Source: the human T2T-CHM13v2.0 reference genome, Homo sapiens
Length of the DNA: 64,000 bases
Reading direction: 5' to 3' (one strand)
NCBI RefSeq assembly: GCF_009914755.1
Contig: NC_060932.1
Positions 58,501-64,000 of this stretch are shown here, piece after piece. A program made the translations under genes and the position numbers. The number at the start of each line of letters is the position of its first letter. Positions within the stretch are counted from its first letter, which is position 1. Under the pieces are notes generated by a model. It had not been told where the DNA came from and ran no database searches. It saw nothing but the letters and a program-made list of their open reading frames with translations.

Positions 58501-60729
58501 GCCCTTCCAACGCCAAACATCTCCGATTTGTGTGTCTTGGGGCAAACAAGTGAGCAGTTGCGGGACTGAAATAGTTGATTTAGGGTCCCGCCCCAGTCTC
58601 CGGCTTTAGTCCTCATCTTGGGCAAATAATTTAACCTGTCAGTACAAGGCATAACGCCCAGCGCAGAGGAAAGCTTGGTAAATGTTTGCCGAATGAATGA
58701 ATGAAAGAATGGGGGGATGGATTTAGTCTACCTAGTCTCAAGGAATACGGTGAAAGTTGGAATCGAACCGCGCCCCTTGATGGGTGAGTTTGAATGAGAC
58801 AATGTAAAGCTCATTGAACTTCTTAAAAGAAAAAAAACGATACCTCCAACCCAAAAGGATTCTGCTACTTCCTAACAGTCACAATGGGTAGAATTACTAT
58901 TTACCGGCATCAGCAAGCATAATACGCAGTGGTGAGTTTTGATTTAGCACAAAACTCTCTGATTAATCCCCCTGCCACCTGTGGGGCAGCTCTGCGCCTC
59001 CCAGGGCCAGGTGGAGCACGCCAGCCCCGTCCCTCCGTCCTCCCCCGCTCCGGTTAAATGCTGAGGTCTAATGGATTGTTCCTGCTGCTGTCCAGATTAG
59101 ATAGCGAGCCCCTCCATTATCTCTGCTGGAGCAAACCCCAGTGGCCACCACACCAAGAGCTTTCCAAGGCAATCCGGCGAGAAGGCTGGGAAAACCTAGG
59201 GGGTAAGAGACACCAGAGAGCTGTCGAGAAACCCCCGCGCACCGAGGCTGTTTCCACCTCAAGACTCTTCCCAGAACTTTCTCTGAACCCAGTATCTTGT
59301 CCCCACACCCATAGCATTTAACAAAGCAGGTCCCCGGTGTGGAAACTAGCTACTACCTACCGAATTCTCCGGAGTAGTTCTAAGAGGGTAACTGTTAGAT
59401 TCTGTGTCAACCTCTGAGAAGTGAGAAGGACTATTGGACCACACTCCCTCCCCACATCGCCACGGCCAAGAGGTGTTTTTGCACAAACGGGGACTACTAC
59501 GTCTGACCAGTAGGATAGTAACTTTCCAAATTTTTGTTGTTCTGCAATCACTGCAGAGGAGACATAGCTGACTTTCACATCTTCCTTCTGAATTTCTCAT
59601 GGTCAAGTTTTTCCCCGTTAAAAATTTTGTTTCTTCAAGGAAAGTTTTGTTAGAATTTTTTTTAAGAGTTAAAGCTTTCTTTAAGTTTCTTGAAGGGAAA
59701 AAAACTTCTTACAAGCAAAATCTTGTCTCTGTTTTGTTGGAAATGAAAAGCATCTACTATCTATCAGCACTATTCTATGAAATAAAATTCTCATGTATGA
59801 TCTAACAACAAATTCTACCTAAAACAAATAATAAGCACTCGAAATCATTATTTATCTACAAAAAAGACGAATTGTTCTATCATTATTATGATAGCACTAC
59901 TGTGATCTAACAGAAAGCAAATAAAATCTTAGCTAGTGAACAAGGCAAAGTTATCTATTTCTACCATATCAGTTTCCTGTTCAATCTTTAGAGTTAGTGG
60001 AAGCTACAAATAAACGATGTAGCAGGAGAAGCCATCCGACACCGTTTTAAAAGATTCTACAGTTAAGAAATTCTGCATCGTTTTTGAGTGAATCAATCTT
60101 GTCAGACACCACCTAGTGCTTGGAAAATTATTTAAAATGTGCCATTAGTTAGAGGTAAAAACCTAAGAAATTTATTAAAGGCAAATAAAATAGCTACTGT
60201 GCAGTTTAATATCCAGAAATTAAAATAATTCACAGACAAGAAGCCTTTTGATTCATGAAACAAAACATCTTTATCGAGTAACTTCTGTAGACAAACATCA
60301 GAATGAATAAAAACGAATTTATTGTGAGGGGCAAGGATCTCAGATTGAGGTGGGAAGAGACCCAGGCAGACGCAGACCACATCTGAAGGCGCATAGTATG
60401 CCAGGGAAAAGCTGCAGTCCTTACATCAGCCGGGTCTGCCCACGGCCAAGAACAGCGGGAAAGAAGACAGGCAGGCAAGGAGAAAAGAAGAACGAATGCT
60501 GTGGGCAAAGAACAAAGTAAGCGGGGAGAATTTTGATTAAGCAAGAAAAGGAAACTTTGCAACAGAATTAAGGAAAAAGAGAGAAATGAAGAGAGAAAGG
60601 GGATGAAAAAAGGCAAGGAGGAGACAAGAAACGTTCACAAGACAATAGTAAACCAATAAATAAAATTGTTAAGAACAGCGAGTGGGGTGGAGGAGGGAGA
60701 AATTATATTCAGTATCTAAAGAAACAACA

Positions 60730-63020
60730 GCAGCCGTTCCCGAGAGGGACCGACCCCATCCACCCCCCCGCGAGCGCCGCACCCCGCGCGGGGACCGGGC
60801 CCCGGATTCCGGCGTCTGCGCGGGGATCGTAGCTACGGCCCCCGAGTTGAGCCACGCGTGATCCCGGAAGGGTCTGCCAGGAGTTTTTATGAGACCTAGG
60901 GGGACGAGTGCTGGAAATTTGATGGGTTGGGGCGCAGGTCGAGAAGTGGTGAAGACAGTGCTCTTCCCCGGAACCTCAGCGTGCGGAGGCCTGGGAATCC
61001 AGTCGCTCCCAGACGAGCTGTAAGTCCCCAAACGTCGAGAAATCTCTGCCTCCAGATCCCGCGCGGGCCAGGGCCTGTGACTAACCCCCGAAGGTTCTGC
61101 GAACAGAACGGAGCTGGAGATTCCCTGGGCTCGGTTTTCCGGACCACGAACCCTGCGAGCCTGGGGCGCCACCCATGCCCCTCAATGTCCCTCCAAATCC
61201 GGCCAGAGAAGGAAGGCATTAGATCTGTGCTTTGCAGCCTGGGGTATGGGATTCGGGGGTGCGGGGTCTCTCTGCAGGGGGATATTGAGATACCAGCAGC
61301 CTAACCTGGGGGACACAGTGACCATTTTGATGAAACACCTACTGTGATCCTTGGCCTCTTTAGGGGTCTCACACAGGGGGTCGCAACTGAGAAGAAATGG
61401 GTCAGGGGCTTCGCTATGTGTCTTGCTGCCCAGAGCGTGGGGACCGAGGCGTCGGGGTGAGCAGGGCGAGGGGCGGGTGAGCACCTCGCATCTGGAGAGG
61501 GGTGCGCAGAAGCCGGGCTCTCCTCGCCGCCCAGGGTATCCGTGCGCAGCGGCTGGAGGATTCCGGTCTCCCCAAGGGGGGGGTCTCTGACGCAAAGGGC
61601 GACCCGAGACACGTTCCCAGCAGCGCCAGGCGTGGCAAGAGGTCACGCCACCGACCGCCGCTCGGACCCGGCTGGGCATGGCCTGGGCTTCCTGGCCCAC
61701 CAGCGTGCGACCACGAAGGACGTCGGCGCGACACCCGTCCGAGGTGACCTGGCCCATGTGGCGCCAGATTGATCGAAATGCATCCAAAGCAAACCGGCTT
61801 CGGCCTTGCCAGGAACGGAGAGGCGATGAGAGGGAGCTCCTCAGCCTCGTGGGCCGAGGGCGGGAAAGTGGCAATGAATCCGAGGGGCCTGGTTAGTTAC
61901 TTGCAGAGATTCCCCGGCTCCAGGGCCCGTTGTCGCGCCTGTCCGCGGGGATCTTCCGAGCCTCGCGCTGCTGAAGTAGCCCGCTCCACCGGCACCGCCT
62001 GGTCTCCCGCCTGCCCACTCAGGCTTTGCACCAAAGATTGAGCCGGGGGTCGGGACATTCCGGACGTTAAGCGGCCCCAGAGCGGCCTAGGTGGGAGCGG
62101 CGTCATTTACAGGCGCGCGTTATGTTTTCCCCGCGGGCTGCGCGCTCTGGGTGGGAATCTCTCTTGGGAAGACCTTCTCCGGCGGGAAGTCCTTTAGCAA
62201 CTGGTCCAAGCCCCCTGGCAGGAGACCCCGGCGATGTGACTTTGAGCTGATTAACTTCTCCCAATCTTTCTTTCTTCTCATCATGCGGGGAGTGGGAGAA
62301 ACAAAACCCCAGTGCAAAAAGAGTTTGTAAACTATTCGGCGACACACAACAGGGATTAAAATTCATGGCCAGTTAACAATACTGTTACCCTCTTCCTCAT
62401 TTTCCCCTCTTAGGGACACTTCTCTATCTGTTGCTGGTGTCTCTGAGGCTTCTGCGTTTCCATTATTCGGGGGTCACCATCTCCCTCCCGATCCCAACCT
62501 CGCCCCTGTAAAAATGTCACTTTCCGTTCGCTTTTCCAACCTCAGTGCAGGGCTAGGACTGTTCGCCCAGGACCCGGCCCACTCAGGGCTCGCCGGGATA
62601 CTTTTAAGGCCGCGGGTGCTTGGCTGCCCTGGGGTCGGGCAGGTGGGGGGCCCAGGCCGCGCGCCCAGCTCCTCTCCCCGGCTGCGCGCCCCGCAAGCGG
62701 CCCAGGGCTCGGACCCCAGCAGTCGGGGTTCCTTTTCATTCCGCCGCCAGCCTGAGAGGGCTCCACTCTCCTCTCCTCCCGGCCCTCGGCCCAAGCCTGA
62801 CGCCGCCTGGTTTATTGACCTTAGATCGGCTTCGGGGCTTTATCAGACCCGGCTGGGGCGTCCCGCGGCGCACGCCCTCCACCTACAGTCGTGCGGCGCG
62901 AGCCCCCTTTAAGTTTCTTCTAGAAACGTCCCCTTCCTCCCCCATCCCCGAGTCTGAGAACCTTCAGAAAAATTGCCCGAATTCGCGCGACCGTGGAGAT
63001 CCGAGGCAGGGCCTTCAGGG
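60730..63020. promoter_or_regulatory. Large distal CpG island cluster (toward the distal GATA4 promoter)
   Basis: High CpG density over ~2.3 kb. Confidence 0.85.
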
Positions 63021-63578
63021 CCACTGACATTCTCCTGTGTCGCTCTTTTATCTAGATAATTCAGGCGAAAGTGCCCCCCCCCCCCAATTATTCGGATAAT
63101 TGCCTCGAATCTCCACTTCGTGTAGTGTTTAGACAATTGGAGATTGATGGCTTGAATTTAACCCTAAAACCTCTCCTCTCCTCTGCTCCAAGCTCTAAAA
63201 TATCTCTGAACTTTACACACGCAAACTATAATTTTCTGTCCTATAAATCACTTGGCAAATATAACAAGACATTAGAAAGCTATTTGAAATGGATATTTTA
63301 TTATACTTGAGACTAGACCAGGGAGAAAGAGTAATTTATAAACACTTCCTCAATACTAAGCACACAAAATTGTTTTTAAGGCTCCCCCCTAATCGAACTT
63401 GAGAATGCAAAATCACTTTCAGAGACAAATTCTTAGAAGAAAAAGGAAATTTGTGGCAATGATTATGTCACTAAAAATGAACTCTGAAAAAAAATAGTTC
63501 ATAAAGTGGGACTTTCAAGTATCCTTTACTGTAGACCGATTTATCAAAATGAGACCAGCAGAAACAAAACATTTGCTA

Positions 63579-63615
63579 GTACTACAAATACTACAACAAC
63601 TACTGCTACTACTAC
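63579..63615. repeat. Degenerate (CTA/CAA)n trinucleotide repeat
   Basis: actacaaatactacaacaactactgctactactact. Confidence 0.7.
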
Positions 63616-64000
63616 TTAAAAAGCCAATCCAATTTTGTGATGATAAATCACAGGATTCTAGCCACCTTACATAATACGGCTTTCCCTTAACTCAGATTGG
63701 CCCGTCCCTGCTTTTCCCACTAAAACCCTTTCAATTTCCCTTATTTTTGGACAGCGTACAGAAGAGCAGGAATATCAGCCCTGGGAAAACATTAGCAAGG
63801 GTAAGCAAGCCAGAGAGTTGGGCAGGGGAAAGATAAGCAATGCAGATGATTGTAAGTTTTGTGACAGCTTTTCAAATCACCCCCTGGAAGCCGGTGGGGC
63901 TGCTGGAGATGGAAAGATAGTCAAAGGGAACAATTTTCTGTTCTCTGCTTCACAAAGCTAATATTTGTAATAGGTACACCAGGACTGAGAGGCTTTGCCC

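Noticed and set aside
60669-63027. Stack of 60-230 aa ORFs in the distal CpG island
   Set aside because: Open in several frames on both strands, with no domain or exon evidence.

Overview
Human (primate) genomic DNA from the 5' half of the GATA4 locus (8p23.1), with the gene on the minus strand. The window holds non-coding first exon 1a (~38070-37974) with its E-box/GC-box CpG-island promoter, the 3.55-kb intron 1, and exon 2 (34422-33350: 457 nt of 5'UTR with a 9-codon uORF, then codons 1-205 of the N-terminal transactivation region). It also holds about 33 kb of intron 2, a probable upstream non-coding exon (41763-41496), and about 26 kb of upstream sequence with several CpG islands. The zinc-finger exons lie outside the window. 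The rest is Alu, L1, MIR/L2, MaLR-LTR and MER repeats plus microsatellites, and almost all ORFs in the track are Alu- or GC-richness artefacts. I found no convincing new protein-coding system. The best leads are regulatory. They are: dense and palindromic GATA-site clusters suggesting distributed autoregulation; an isoform-dependent set of uORFs and splice sites; a frame-preserving cryptic 174-nt cassette-exon candidate in intron 2; a hairpin-rich segment in intron 1; and a recent locally templated 59-bp insertion. Repeat subfamily calls and motif calls were made by eye.
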